Virus record (IMG/VR): IMGVR_UViG_2974574029_000001 | Location: 31,424-95,423 of that record | Source of the DNA: a virus | Lineage: Duplodnaviria; Heunggongvirae; Uroviricota; Caudoviricetes | Direction: 5' to 3' (one strand) | DNA: 64,000 bases | Part shown: positions 55,716 to 64,000 of the stretch, in pieces | How positions within the stretch are numbered: position 1 is the stretch's first letter | How the letters are laid out: each line of letters starts with the position of its first letter | Notes under the pieces: generated by a model | Told to the model about the DNA's origin: nothing | Database searches by the model: none | Seen by the model: only the letters and a program-made list of their open reading frames with translations | Position numbers and translations under genes: made by a program

Positions 55716-57022
55716 ATGATCTTGACCTGTACTTTCGTTCATGGGACGACATGGAGATCTTCATTACCTATATGATGGATATAGAACTTCGGAAAGGAGA
55801 GCATGACCTTACCACCAAAACTATGGGGTATAATGAACAGAAGCGTGTTTATCGTGATTTCTTCACCTTGGACAATGGGAAGGATGTGTGGGAAGCGCGT
55901 ACTCCCCGATTGAAAGTTCTTTCTCACCGAGTCTCCAAAGAGGAAGTTTCTCAAATGGAAGACGAGTTTGTAAAAGATTGTCCTTTTGAGTTGTCAAATC
56001 TCTCAGAGTCAACTTGGAGCGGTATTAGAAAATTACTTGATGACCGGAAGAAGAAGGTTTCAAGTGTCCGGCAGATTGGCATGACAGACAAGAGCGTTAT
56101 GTTCTCAGAAGGATCTAATCCTGTGATGCAGTGTATTGCTTTCTCTGTGTTTGACAATGCAGAGGAGGTCTTTGATAAGTTCGACTACACGATCAATATG
56201 GGGGCATTCTATTTTGGTGATGAGACGTGGGTTTTTGACAGTCGCTTTCTTAAACACGCCGCACAGAAAGTATTAGTGCTCAACCCGGCTACTGACTATC
56301 CAATTATCAGTATGCTCCGCGCTTCTAAATATGAAGCACGTGGGTATACAATCTCCCGTCGTGAGATAATGAAGTTAGGTGTTGCAGCCGCAGGACTTAA
56401 AATGGAAAGCTGGGAAGATGCTAAAAAGCATCTGAGCGGTATGTATGGGACCAATGTTGAAGAACTCTTTGATACAAAAGAACCGTTTTCATTTGAGAAA
56501 TTATTTGATAAACTGGATAACGCAGGGGATATTGCTATCAGTACGATTGCGACTATCACCGACAAACGAGAAGGCCAACGTCGTTTCAATCTTGAAGCGA
56601 AAGATATCTTTAATGTTTTCCAGCGCCTTCGTAAAAACACCGATCGCCAGTATTTCAAGGAATTCTGGGCAGTATCTAGTGCTGCACATTTTTACATGAT
56701 GCAAGCTCATACCGAGAAACACGTATTCGGTCTGAACAGCAACAGCATCGATAATCCAAAAATGTTGGATAAGATTAGGATTTATTTTGATCTTGATGCT
56801 GCCAAAGAGAGATACGAACTCTTGCGTAAAGATGGGGTGAAAGGAAGTTTTCACGTAGAGGAGATTGAGCCTGGAGCTTGCCTCTTTAAGGTTGACGTGG
56901 AAGACCCGCTTGTCCTTGAATACGAGAGTGATGGTAGAGTATCTGTAAACCGAGAAGATAAAGTGCCTCGAAATAAAGTGACCATTGTTGAATTATTAGA
57001 TTGTGATGGGGATCTCTCATGA
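55712..57022 (+). CDS. hypothetical protein (436 aa)
   Basis: Long ORF with a GTG start overlapping the upstream stop (GTGA). Its frame is open for about 14 codons upstream, so a frameshift fusion with 55566..55715 is possible. Confidence 0.4.
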   Translation: MNDLDLYFRSWDDMEIFITYMMDIELRKGEHDLTTKTMGYNEQKRVYRDFFTLDNGKDVWEARTPRLKVLSHRVSKEEVSQMEDEFVKDCPFELSNLSESTWSGIRKLLDDRKKKVSSVRQIGMTDKSVMFSEGSNPVMQCIAFSVFDNAEEVFDKFDYTINMGAFYFGDETWVFDSRFLKHAAQKVLVLNPATDYPIISMLRASKYEARGYTISRREIMKLGVAAAGLKMESWEDAKKHLSGMYGTNVEELFDTKEPFSFEKLFDKLDNAGDIAISTIATITDKREGQRRFNLEAKDIFNVFQRLRKNTDRQYFKEFWAVSSAAHFYMMQAHTEKHVFGLNSNSIDNPKMLDKIRIYFDLDAAKERYELLRKDGVKGSFHVEEIEPGACLFKVDVEDPLVLEYESDGRVSVNREDKVPRNKVTIVELLDCDGDLS

Positions 57023-57423
57023 TAGATTTTATCAGTGTGGTTTGGACCTTTATCAAGGGACATACCAAGCTGGTTATCATTGCTGTCCTTTCCCTGGCGC
57101 TCCTGTGGGGCGCTTTTGAAGTTAAGTGGTGGTATGATGACCAAATACAGCAGGCCTATAGCCGTGGAGTTAATGATACGGATAACAAATGGGATCTGCA
57201 AATGAGAAACAACAAAGATGCAAATCAAGATTTTAAAAATGGGCAGCAAGACTTTTCGGATGAACTAAGTCGTCAGCTTGCAGAAGAGAAAGCTAAGAAT
57301 GAACTGCTTAGGTCTCGCCTCGATGAAAAACAAGAGGCATATAACAAATCTGAAGCAGGTAAAAAGTTTGGGCTGGATAACGACTTTGTTGATATCTATA
57401 ATGAAAGCTTGGGGGTTAAATGA
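57019..57423 (+). CDS. i-spanin-like protein (N-terminal TM helix + coiled-coil)
   Basis: VWTFIKGHTKLVIIAVLSLALLWGAF TM helix, then a charged helical region; overlaps the downstream lipoprotein start (TAAATGA). Confidence 0.4.
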   Translation: MIDFISVVWTFIKGHTKLVIIAVLSLALLWGAFEVKWWYDDQIQQAYSRGVNDTDNKWDLQMRNNKDANQDFKNGQQDFSDELSRQLAEEKAKNELLRSRLDEKQEAYNKSEAGKKFGLDNDFVDIYNESLGVK

Positions 57424-57710
57424 GAAAGAGTTTGCTTGCCATATTCCTCTCTGTAATCATGCTGGTTGGATGCGAGTCTCCACAGAAGGTAGTTCCAGTG
57501 GTTGAGAAGTTTAATCCATCTGAGGTGCTTTCTAAGCCCCCTTCTCACGCGATGATCCCACCTTCCGACCCAACACCACTCCCCTATGGTGCTGATAACG
57601 CTAAAAACAGCGCTATTGTTAAGAAAAATAATCTTGAAGCAGCGGATACACGTAGCAAATTGCTCATCCTTCAAGCATACATTCGTAACATATTTACACC
57701 TCAAAAGTAA
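57420..57710 (+). CDS. o-spanin-like outer-membrane lipoprotein
   Basis: Signal peptide with lipobox IMLVGC; Pro-rich 96-aa protein. Confidence 0.45.
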   Translation: MRKSLLAIFLSVIMLVGCESPQKVVPVVEKFNPSEVLSKPPSHAMIPPSDPTPLPYGADNAKNSAIVKKNNLEAADTRSKLLILQAYIRNIFTPQK

Positions 57711-57715
57711 TTGAC

Positions 57716-57749
57716 AAGGCCCTTATTTCGTGATAAGGGCTTTATTTTT
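57716..57749 (+). terminator. rho-independent terminator
   Basis: GGCCCTTAT-TTCGTG-ATAAGGGC followed by TTTATTTTTA. Confidence 0.55.
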
Positions 57750-57799
57750 ATGATCTTTCGTGGTAAAATCCTCCTATAGCATATAATAATGGAGGTCCT

Positions 57800-59299
57800 T
57801 TGAGTACCACTTTCGGACCCGCCAGCCCTAAGCAAAAAATGATCCTGGAAAATAAGGCGCAAATCCTGATCATTGGGGGCGCTGCGGGATCAGGTAAGTC
57901 TTACCTGTTACAACTTATGCCTTTAGCCTTAATAGATGACCCTCGATCAAACTGTATCATGTTCCGAAGACTTACACCGCAGATTGTCGGTGCAGGCGGT
58001 CTGTATGAAACAGCTCGCGGGATCTATAGTGAATTATCACCAGAGTGGAAACCTCGCTTCCGAGAAAAAGACCTGAAGGCTATTTTCCCTTCGGGTGCTA
58101 AAGTTAAATGGTCCCACATGGAATATGAGAAAGATAAACTTTCTCACCAGGGTCTTCAGTATACTTTTGTAGGGTTTGATGAAGGAACACAGTTTGAATG
58201 GACGCAGATCGAATATCTGATGTCTCGTTTACGTTCCGAATCTAAATACCCAAGTCGTATGGTTATCTCCTGTAACCCCGATCCAGACCATAAGATTAAA
58301 GAGTTGATCGATTGGTATCTCGACGAAGATGGATATCCTATCCCAGAACGTGATGGGGTTATCCGCTGGTTCATCCGTCGTGATGGTGATTTCGTTTGGG
58401 GTGACAGTGCAGAAGAATTGATTGAACGATACTGGGATGGTGAAGATATTCATAAGAAGCCTAAACCGCTCTCTTTCTCATTCATTAGTGCAACAATTTT
58501 CGATAACCCGCCAATGCTGGAAAACAACCCGGATTACCTTGCATTCCTTGAAGGTCTTCCTGAAGTTGAAAAAGCACAGCTGTTGTATGGTAACTGGAAG
58601 GTTCGCCCAGAAGGTGCAAACTATTTCCAAAGGTCTTTTTTGAAAGAAGTTGCGGCGCTTCCTTTAGGCTGCACGTCTGTAAGACCATACGACAAGGCGG
58701 GGACTGAACGCTCTACAGGTAACAAGTTCCCTGACTTTACTGCATCCGTCAAGGTGAGTAAAGATACCGAGGGGTTCTATTATCTTTCTGGTGATTACCA
58801 CCCTGATTTTGTTGATGATGGTACTTATTCTACCGGGACGCAAGGCCGTTTCTGTAAGAAGGCTGGAGAACGGGATGCAATTATCAAAAAACAAGCAGAA
58901 CATGATGGTGACGATGTGACGATTATTTTCTCAGTTGACCCCGGTCAGGCTGGTATAAGCGAATTCCTCACCAGTTCAAGAGCATTGCTCGCTGACGGTT
59001 ATGTGGTTGAGAAGGACCCTACACCAGGTAACAAGTCGAAACTTACTCGATTCGCACCCTTTGCCCAGCTTGCACAGCAAGGCTTTGTTCGTATTGTTCG
59101 TAGTAGTTTTGACGCAAAGACATATGAAGCCCTCATGAATGAACTTGAGAAATTTAATGGCGAGCGAAGCACCGTGTCCCGTAAGGACGACTGGGTTGAC
59201 GCCATCTCTTCAGGTATTAACTTCCTGGAGAAAACGGAGATCATCAGACCTGTCGTAATCCCAAGGATTGTTGCTCCGACTATGTATACACGATTATAA
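57800..59299 (+). CDS. terminase large subunit
   Basis: Walker A ILIIGGAAGSGKSY near the N-terminus and VGFDEGTQF Walker B-like; 499 aa followed by a portal-like gene. Confidence 0.7.
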   Translation: MSTTFGPASPKQKMILENKAQILIIGGAAGSGKSYLLQLMPLALIDDPRSNCIMFRRLTPQIVGAGGLYETARGIYSELSPEWKPRFREKDLKAIFPSGAKVKWSHMEYEKDKLSHQGLQYTFVGFDEGTQFEWTQIEYLMSRLRSESKYPSRMVISCNPDPDHKIKELIDWYLDEDGYPIPERDGVIRWFIRRDGDFVWGDSAEELIERYWDGEDIHKKPKPLSFSFISATIFDNPPMLENNPDYLAFLEGLPEVEKAQLLYGNWKVRPEGANYFQRSFLKEVAALPLGCTSVRPYDKAGTERSTGNKFPDFTASVKVSKDTEGFYYLSGDYHPDFVDDGTYSTGTQGRFCKKAGERDAIIKKQAEHDGDDVTIIFSVDPGQAGISEFLTSSRALLADGYVVEKDPTPGNKSKLTRFAPFAQLAQQGFVRIVRSSFDAKTYEALMNELEKFNGERSTVSRKDDWVDAISSGINFLEKTEIIRPVVIPRIVAPTMYTRL

Positions 59300-59314
59300 T
59301 AGAGGGGATGACTC

Positions 59315-60862
59315 GTGTCAAATCGCAGAAACAGAAAAAGAAAGAATGCGGTGGCAAAAGCCGGTAATGAAAACCTTGCTGTGAGTCGTGTCCGTACTGG
59401 AGAGCTGGGTAGTGGAGCATTGTCTCAGATTCGTGCTGAATCTGAGATTATGAAGGTTGAAGAACTCCGCTGGCCCATGTTCCTCGCAACAGTGGATTCC
59501 ATGAAGCAAGACCATACTGTTGCCACAGCGCTGGATACGAAATATGTTTTTGTCACCAAGGCTTTCAATGATTTTAAAATTCTTTTCAACCGAGATAGTG
59601 AAGAGTCTAAAAAAGCGGCAGATTTCGTCGAGTATGCTCTGAAGAATCTTGCTAACCAACAGACGCTTCGCGATGTGGCGAGAAGTGCTGCGACATTTAA
59701 CGAGTATGGTTTCTCTGTATTCGAAAAGGTCTACAGAACAGAATCCGCGCCATCTAAGTACGCAGGCTATATGACGATCGACAAAATTGCTTTCCGTCCT
59801 CAGTCAAGCCTCTCTCGTACAAAACCTTTTGTCTTCAGCGATGATGGAAGGACAATCACGGGTGTTTATCAAAGCGCACTGGCTTTTGCTAATTTTCAGA
59901 ACGGGATGAACCAGATTGCTGGGGCTATGAGTCTCGTCACAAATCTGTCAGGAAGTGCGGATGAGAAATTCATCCCTGTGAATAAGTTGATGATAATGTC
60001 TCTTGGTGGGACAGAATCAAACCCTACAGGTGTATCACCTCTTGTTGGTTGTTACCGTGCGTTCCGTGAAAAAATCCTGATCGAAAACCTTGAAGTTATA
60101 GGGGCATCTAAGGACCTCGGTGGTATCATTGAATTAAAGATCCCTTCTTCAATTCTGAATAAGGCGTCTATGGACCCGAGATCACCTGAAGCAGATATGG
60201 TTCGTGGTCTGATGGCTGACGCTGCAAACGCACATTCAGGTGAACAATCTTACTTCATCTTACCTTCAGATATGAATGATAAGGGCGGTGAGCAGTATAA
60301 GATGACCCTTAAGGGAATCGATGGGGTTGGTAAACAGTATAGTACCAAGGACCTAATACAAGAGCGTAAGAAGGCGATCTTGGACAGATTTGGTGCGGGA
60401 TTCATCAACTTAGGTAATGATGGTCAAGGGTCTTACAACCTCTCAGAATCAAAACAAACAATCCACGGGCATTTTGTTCAACGAGATATCGATATTATTT
60501 GTGAATCATTCAACAAGAACTTGATTCCTCAACTACTCGCTCTTAATAATATCCGTTTGTCTGATGAAGACATGCCGAGGCTTAAGCCTGGAGCTATCCA
60601 GGAAGTTGATATGGAAAGCTTCTCCAAATTTGTTCAGAGAATTGGTGCTGTTGGTTATCTGCCGAAGACACCTACAGTTATCAACAAGATCCTTGAGGTT
60701 GGTGGGTTTGATGAAGAGATTCCTGAAAACACATCTCAAGAGGAACTACTCAAGATCCTTGGGGAAGATACCAGTCGCTCCGGTGATGGAATGAAGCAAG
60801 GTACTTCTGGTAATGGGACGTCTAAAGTAAGAGATAATTCTGTCTCTAACTTGGATAACTAA
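59315..60862 (+). CDS. portal protein (putative)
   Basis: 515-aa ORF immediately after the terminase; basic N-terminus. Called on position and size; no diagnostic motif. Confidence 0.45.
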   Translation: MSNRRNRKRKNAVAKAGNENLAVSRVRTGELGSGALSQIRAESEIMKVEELRWPMFLATVDSMKQDHTVATALDTKYVFVTKAFNDFKILFNRDSEESKKAADFVEYALKNLANQQTLRDVARSAATFNEYGFSVFEKVYRTESAPSKYAGYMTIDKIAFRPQSSLSRTKPFVFSDDGRTITGVYQSALAFANFQNGMNQIAGAMSLVTNLSGSADEKFIPVNKLMIMSLGGTESNPTGVSPLVGCYRAFREKILIENLEVIGASKDLGGIIELKIPSSILNKASMDPRSPEADMVRGLMADAANAHSGEQSYFILPSDMNDKGGEQYKMTLKGIDGVGKQYSTKDLIQERKKAILDRFGAGFINLGNDGQGSYNLSESKQTIHGHFVQRDIDIICESFNKNLIPQLLALNNIRLSDEDMPRLKPGAIQEVDMESFSKFVQRIGAVGYLPKTPTVINKILEVGGFDEEIPENTSQEELLKILGEDTSRSGDGMKQGTSGNGTSKVRDNSVSNLDN

Positions 60863-60926
60863 GCAACTCACTGAAATAACTTGCAAAAGAAAATAAACGG
60901 TGTTAAAATAACTATCAACGGGGAAA

Positions 60927-61556
60927 ATGATGAAATACTCAAGTATTGCTGACCTTCCTGCATCAGTATCGAATCTGTCTCTCATTCAGAAGAGCAAGGT
61001 GCTGGTTCTCGCAAATGGCCTGATTGATTCAGGCCTATCTCCTGAAGCCGCTATTGAGAAAGCATCTAAAGATGTACTCCATGTAGGGCTGAAGAAGACA
61101 GCAATTCAAAAGAATGCCAAGCCTGTATCTGTTGTCAAAGATGCTGGAGAACAAATGATTTCTTACGAAGTCATTTATGAACCAAACACCAGGGATGCCC
61201 ACGGTGAATGGATGTCTCCAGAGACAATCATCAAAGGTAAGGAAAGTTTCGATGCTGCGCGAGCGGCTGGTCTTGTTAAAGAGAACCTGTTCCACATTGT
61301 CGAGACTGATGCCTTTACCATCGAGAAGACTTGGATTCAAGAAGAGTTCGATGTCGTGGTTATCGGTAGCGAGCAAATCATTAAAGCTGGCACCTGGGTA
61401 GCTAAGGTTAAATACAATGATCCTGAACTGTGGCTCTTGAAAAAGGCCAACGCTGTCGGTGGACTGAGCATTCAATGCTCTGGCTACACAGACAAGGAGA
61501 CTGGTGAAATCACCGGACTCGATTTCGGGATTGAGATTGCCGAGGAAAACGAATGA
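60927..61556 (+). CDS. head maturation protease or head-assembly protein (putative)
   Basis: 209 aa located between portal and scaffold-like genes; size matches T5-type prohead protease. No catalytic motif recognised. Confidence 0.25.
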   Translation: MMKYSSIADLPASVSNLSLIQKSKVLVLANGLIDSGLSPEAAIEKASKDVLHVGLKKTAIQKNAKPVSVVKDAGEQMISYEVIYEPNTRDAHGEWMSPETIIKGKESFDAARAAGLVKENLFHIVETDAFTIEKTWIQEEFDVVVIGSEQIIKAGTWVAKVKYNDPELWLLKKANAVGGLSIQCSGYTDKETGEITGLDFGIEIAEENE

Positions 61557-62551
61557 GCGCACTCGTAGTCAAGGCCAAAACTATTAAGGATAAGGGTATC
61601 GCACTCTGCCACGAGAGTCAAGGTTATTCTGCAAATATGCGTCCGGTTAGTCTTCTAATGAAGTCTGACCTCGCACCTGAACAGATTACCAAAGACGTGG
61701 TTAAGGCACTTCGCCAAGTTACTGTCGATATGAGCTTTGAAGAATTCCTTCGTCGCTTCTTCGATATGTGGAGTAGTGATGCTGAACTCCTTGCCAAACT
61801 TTTGGGCTTCGAAACAGAACTGGAAAACGCTGCTGCTGAAAATCCTGATGATGAATGGCTGCAACGTTGGAATGATGATAACCAAGAATGGTTAGAATCG
61901 AAGATGGAGTCCATCTCTATCGCCAAAGCTGCAAATGCAGGTGAAGAGCTGGACCTTGTGAAGCAATATGAACTAATCAAACTCCAACAGATGTTTGAGA
62001 AGGGTGTTGCAGAGCACGGTGTCATTTTTGATGCCAAAGACACTCAGGAGACTGAGGTCATCAAGGGCGCTGTTAAACCAGACGTACCTGTTCAAAATAC
62101 AATTGAAAACAAGGAGACCTCTGTGTCCGATACTGTTACTGATGTAACCAAATCTCAGGAATACCTGGACCTGGTTAAAAAGCTTGAAGAAGCTAATGCA
62201 AAAAATGCCCAAGCAGAACTGATTATCAAGGCTGCTGTTGAAGCAGAAAAGAAAAATGCTCTTACAAAGGCCAAAGGTTTTACTTTTGCCGCTGAAGAAG
62301 ACCATGAATCTCTTGCTGACTTCATCATTGAAAAAGCTAACGCCCCAGTGGTAGCTCTTCTGGAAAAAGCCCAAGCTCGTATTAGCGAACTGGAAACAGA
62401 AGTCGAAACTGTGAAGAAAGAGTTCGGTACTCAGGAAAATGGTATCAACCAAGAGGTTGTTACTGGAGACCTAGCTAAGTCCGCCGAAGATGTTCTTAAA
62501 GCTAACGTGCAGAAAGCTCTAGAAGCTGCTCGCGCGCGCCAAACTGCCTAA
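61553..62551 (+). CDS. acidic coiled-coil protein (scaffold-like)
   Basis: 332 aa, Glu/Ala/Lys-rich helical repeats, located in the head module. Confidence 0.35.
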   Translation: MSALVVKAKTIKDKGIALCHESQGYSANMRPVSLLMKSDLAPEQITKDVVKALRQVTVDMSFEEFLRRFFDMWSSDAELLAKLLGFETELENAAAENPDDEWLQRWNDDNQEWLESKMESISIAKAANAGEELDLVKQYELIKLQQMFEKGVAEHGVIFDAKDTQETEVIKGAVKPDVPVQNTIENKETSVSDTVTDVTKSQEYLDLVKKLEEANAKNAQAELIIKAAVEAEKKNALTKAKGFTFAAEEDHESLADFIIEKANAPVVALLEKAQARISELETEVETVKKEFGTQENGINQEVVTGDLAKSAEDVLKANVQKALEAARARQTA

Positions 62552-62570
62552 TATCGAGGAGATAATATAA

Positions 62571-62993
62571 ATGGCTAATCCGATTCAAGGGTACTACTCT
62601 GACATCGTCCTGGGTAAAGTTGACTCTTCTGACCAGGGATACAGCTTCCTGGAAATGGAAATCACTTATGCCGCAGGTATGAAAGCTGGTATGATCGTCA
62701 AAGCAGACGGTACACTTGCTGCAACTGCTGACGCTGCTAACGCCTTTGGTGTAATTACCGACCGCGACCTGGTGACCTCTTCCTACACCATGCCACGTCC
62801 TTTCGTAGTTGGTCAGAAATACAATTTCGTGGTTGCTGTTCGTGGTCTGACCCTGAACAAATCCAAACTGTTCTTCGCTGACGGTACTACTGCTATCAAC
62901 GCTGCCGCTATCGCTGCTCTTGAGGCCAAAGGCCTGAAGATCACTGATAAATATTACGACGGTTCCGTTGAGATCCCAGTAACGTCTATCTAA
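62571..62993 (+). CDS. head-associated protein (decoration/minor head protein candidate)
   Basis: 140 aa, Ala/Gly-rich, strong RBS; lies directly upstream of the capsid-like gene. Confidence 0.3.
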   Translation: MANPIQGYYSDIVLGKVDSSDQGYSFLEMEITYAAGMKAGMIVKADGTLAATADAANAFGVITDRDLVTSSYTMPRPFVVGQKYNFVVAVRGLTLNKSKLFFADGTTAINAAAIAALEAKGLKITDKYYDGSVEIPVTSI

Positions 62994-63014
62994 TCTACAC
63001 CAAGGAGAAATACA

Positions 63015-64000
63015 ATGGCAGTAGTACGCACTAATGACTTCCAGATCGTCGATCTAGGCGCAACTCTGGAAATCGTACCTCGTCAGTATCGAATGATCAC
63101 CAATATGAACCTCTTCGAGGCTTATCATGGTGTCACCACTATCGCTCAGATTGAGCGTGTTGATGAAATGGTTACTGACTTCCCGGCACGCCGTCGTCAG
63201 GGTGAACGTAACTATGTTGGTACTGAAAAGGCCCAACTGAAAAACTTCAACATTCCGTTCTTCCCGCTGGATCGCCAGATCACTGCGGCAGATGTACAGA
63301 ACTTCCGTAAGTATTTCACTGCGGACGCTCCTAAGTCTGTACAGGACGTTGTTGCTCGTGTAGTTCGTCGTATCCGCATCTCTCATGAACAACTGAAAGA
63401 GAAAGCCATGCTTCAGGCTATCATGGGTAAATCTTGGTCCCCGCAGGACCCAACTGCTCAGTACAACTACTTTACTGAATGGGGTGTTACTCAGGAAGTT
63501 GTAAACGTAGACTTTACTGACGTTGCAATTGACCCGTCTGACCTGATCGAAAACGATGGTCGTGCGTTCATCATCGACAACGCTGGTGACAACGGAAACA
63601 ACTACGACATCGTAGTTCTGGCTTCTCGTAAATGGTTCTCTGCTTTCGTAGGTCACCCGCTGATCACGAACGCATACCAATACTACAGTTCCACTCAAGA
63701 ACCGCTGCGCCGTCGTCTTGGTGACGGACAAGAGAACGCTAACAACCGTTCCTTCGTTCACAAGAACGTTCTGTACATCGAAGATATCTCCGGCTACATC
63801 CCGGACGGTGAAGCTTACATGCTGCCACGCGGTATCGACAACATGTTCCAGATCCACTACGCGCCAGCAGACGATGTTCGTGAAGCGAACACTCCGGCAC
63901 AAGAACTGTACCTGTGGTACAAATCTTCTGCTTACCTGCGTGAAGAGAAGGTTGAATCTGAAACCTCCTTCCTGACAGTTAACTGCCGCCCAGAGCTGGT
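63015..64000 (+). CDS. major capsid protein (putative), truncated at the window end
   Basis: AAGGAGAAATACA before the ATG. Open reading frame continues to the last base (328+ aa, MAVVRTNDFQIVDLGATLEIVP...). Position after protease and scaffold-like genes and high-expression-like codon usage support the call. Confidence 0.45.
   Translation, partial: MAVVRTNDFQIVDLGATLEIVPRQYRMITNMNLFEAYHGVTTIAQIERVDEMVTDFPARRRQGERNYVGTEKAQLKNFNIPFFPLDRQITAADVQNFRKYFTADAPKSVQDVVARVVRRIRISHEQLKEKAMLQAIMGKSWSPQDPTAQYNYFTEWGVTQEVVNVDFTDVAIDPSDLIENDGRAFIIDNAGDNGNNYDIVVLASRKWFSAFVGHPLITNAYQYYSSTQEPLRRRLGDGQENANNRSFVHKNVLYIEDISGYIPDGEAYMLPRGIDNMFQIHYAPADDVREANTPAQELYLWYKSSAYLREEKVESETSFLTVNCRPEL

Noticed and set aside
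63054-63902. Minus-strand 282-aa ORF and plus-strand ORF 63718..63975
   Set aside because: They are embedded in, or out of frame with, the strongly expressed-looking plus-strand capsid ORF that starts at 63015 with a consensus RBS. Their translations are Val/Thr-rich noise typical of antisense frames.

Overview
This window reads as part of a virulent T5-like (Demerecviridae-like) tailed-phage genome. Evidence is gene content only: no database search was possible.

Bases 1 to about 42.4 kb are an early-type gene block on the minus strand:
- Nucleotide metabolism: split nrdA, nrdB, a glutaredoxin-like protein, ThyX-like thymidylate synthase, dNMP kinase, a HAD-like nucleotidase, and a MazG-like protein.
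- DNA transactions: PhoH, ATP-dependent DNA ligase, two adenine DNA methyltransferases, a ClpP-like protease, a split RuvC-like resolvase, and a DEDD-like exonuclease.
- At least five HNH homing endonucleases.
- An RNA-repair set: a P-loop polynucleotide-kinase-like protein, an RNA-ligase-like nucleotidyltransferase, a metallophosphoesterase, and a CCA-adding enzyme.
- NAD-related genes: Sir2 and NADAR.
- A GH19 endolysin and an SPFH lipoprotein.

At about 42.44-42.75 kb there is an AT-rich strand-switch region with three copies of GGGAATAATTAG in a palindromic arrangement. The plus-strand block that follows contains:
- Two tandem wHTH proteins.
- prs plus nadV, an NAD+ salvage and anti-defence pair.
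- Small Cys-rich ORFs.
- A large tRNA cluster at 47.46-55.29 kb. Nineteen tRNAs are called with confidence above 0.5, one more with atypical structure (the 47542 CAT gene, 0.45) is likely real, and three or four tRNA-like remnants are less certain. Interleaved with them are three more HNH endonucleases, small ORFs, and two paralogous coiled-coil proteins.
- A spanin-like pair, the terminase large subunit, the portal, and the first head genes. The last of these is a likely major capsid protein that runs off the window end.

Four genes appear interrupted by single frameshifts: cca, nrdA, the RuvC-like resolvase, and possibly the tail of one methyltransferase. This suggests either indel errors in the assembly or genuine pseudogenes or recoding sites, and it should be checked. 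No CRISPR array, integrase or transposase was seen.
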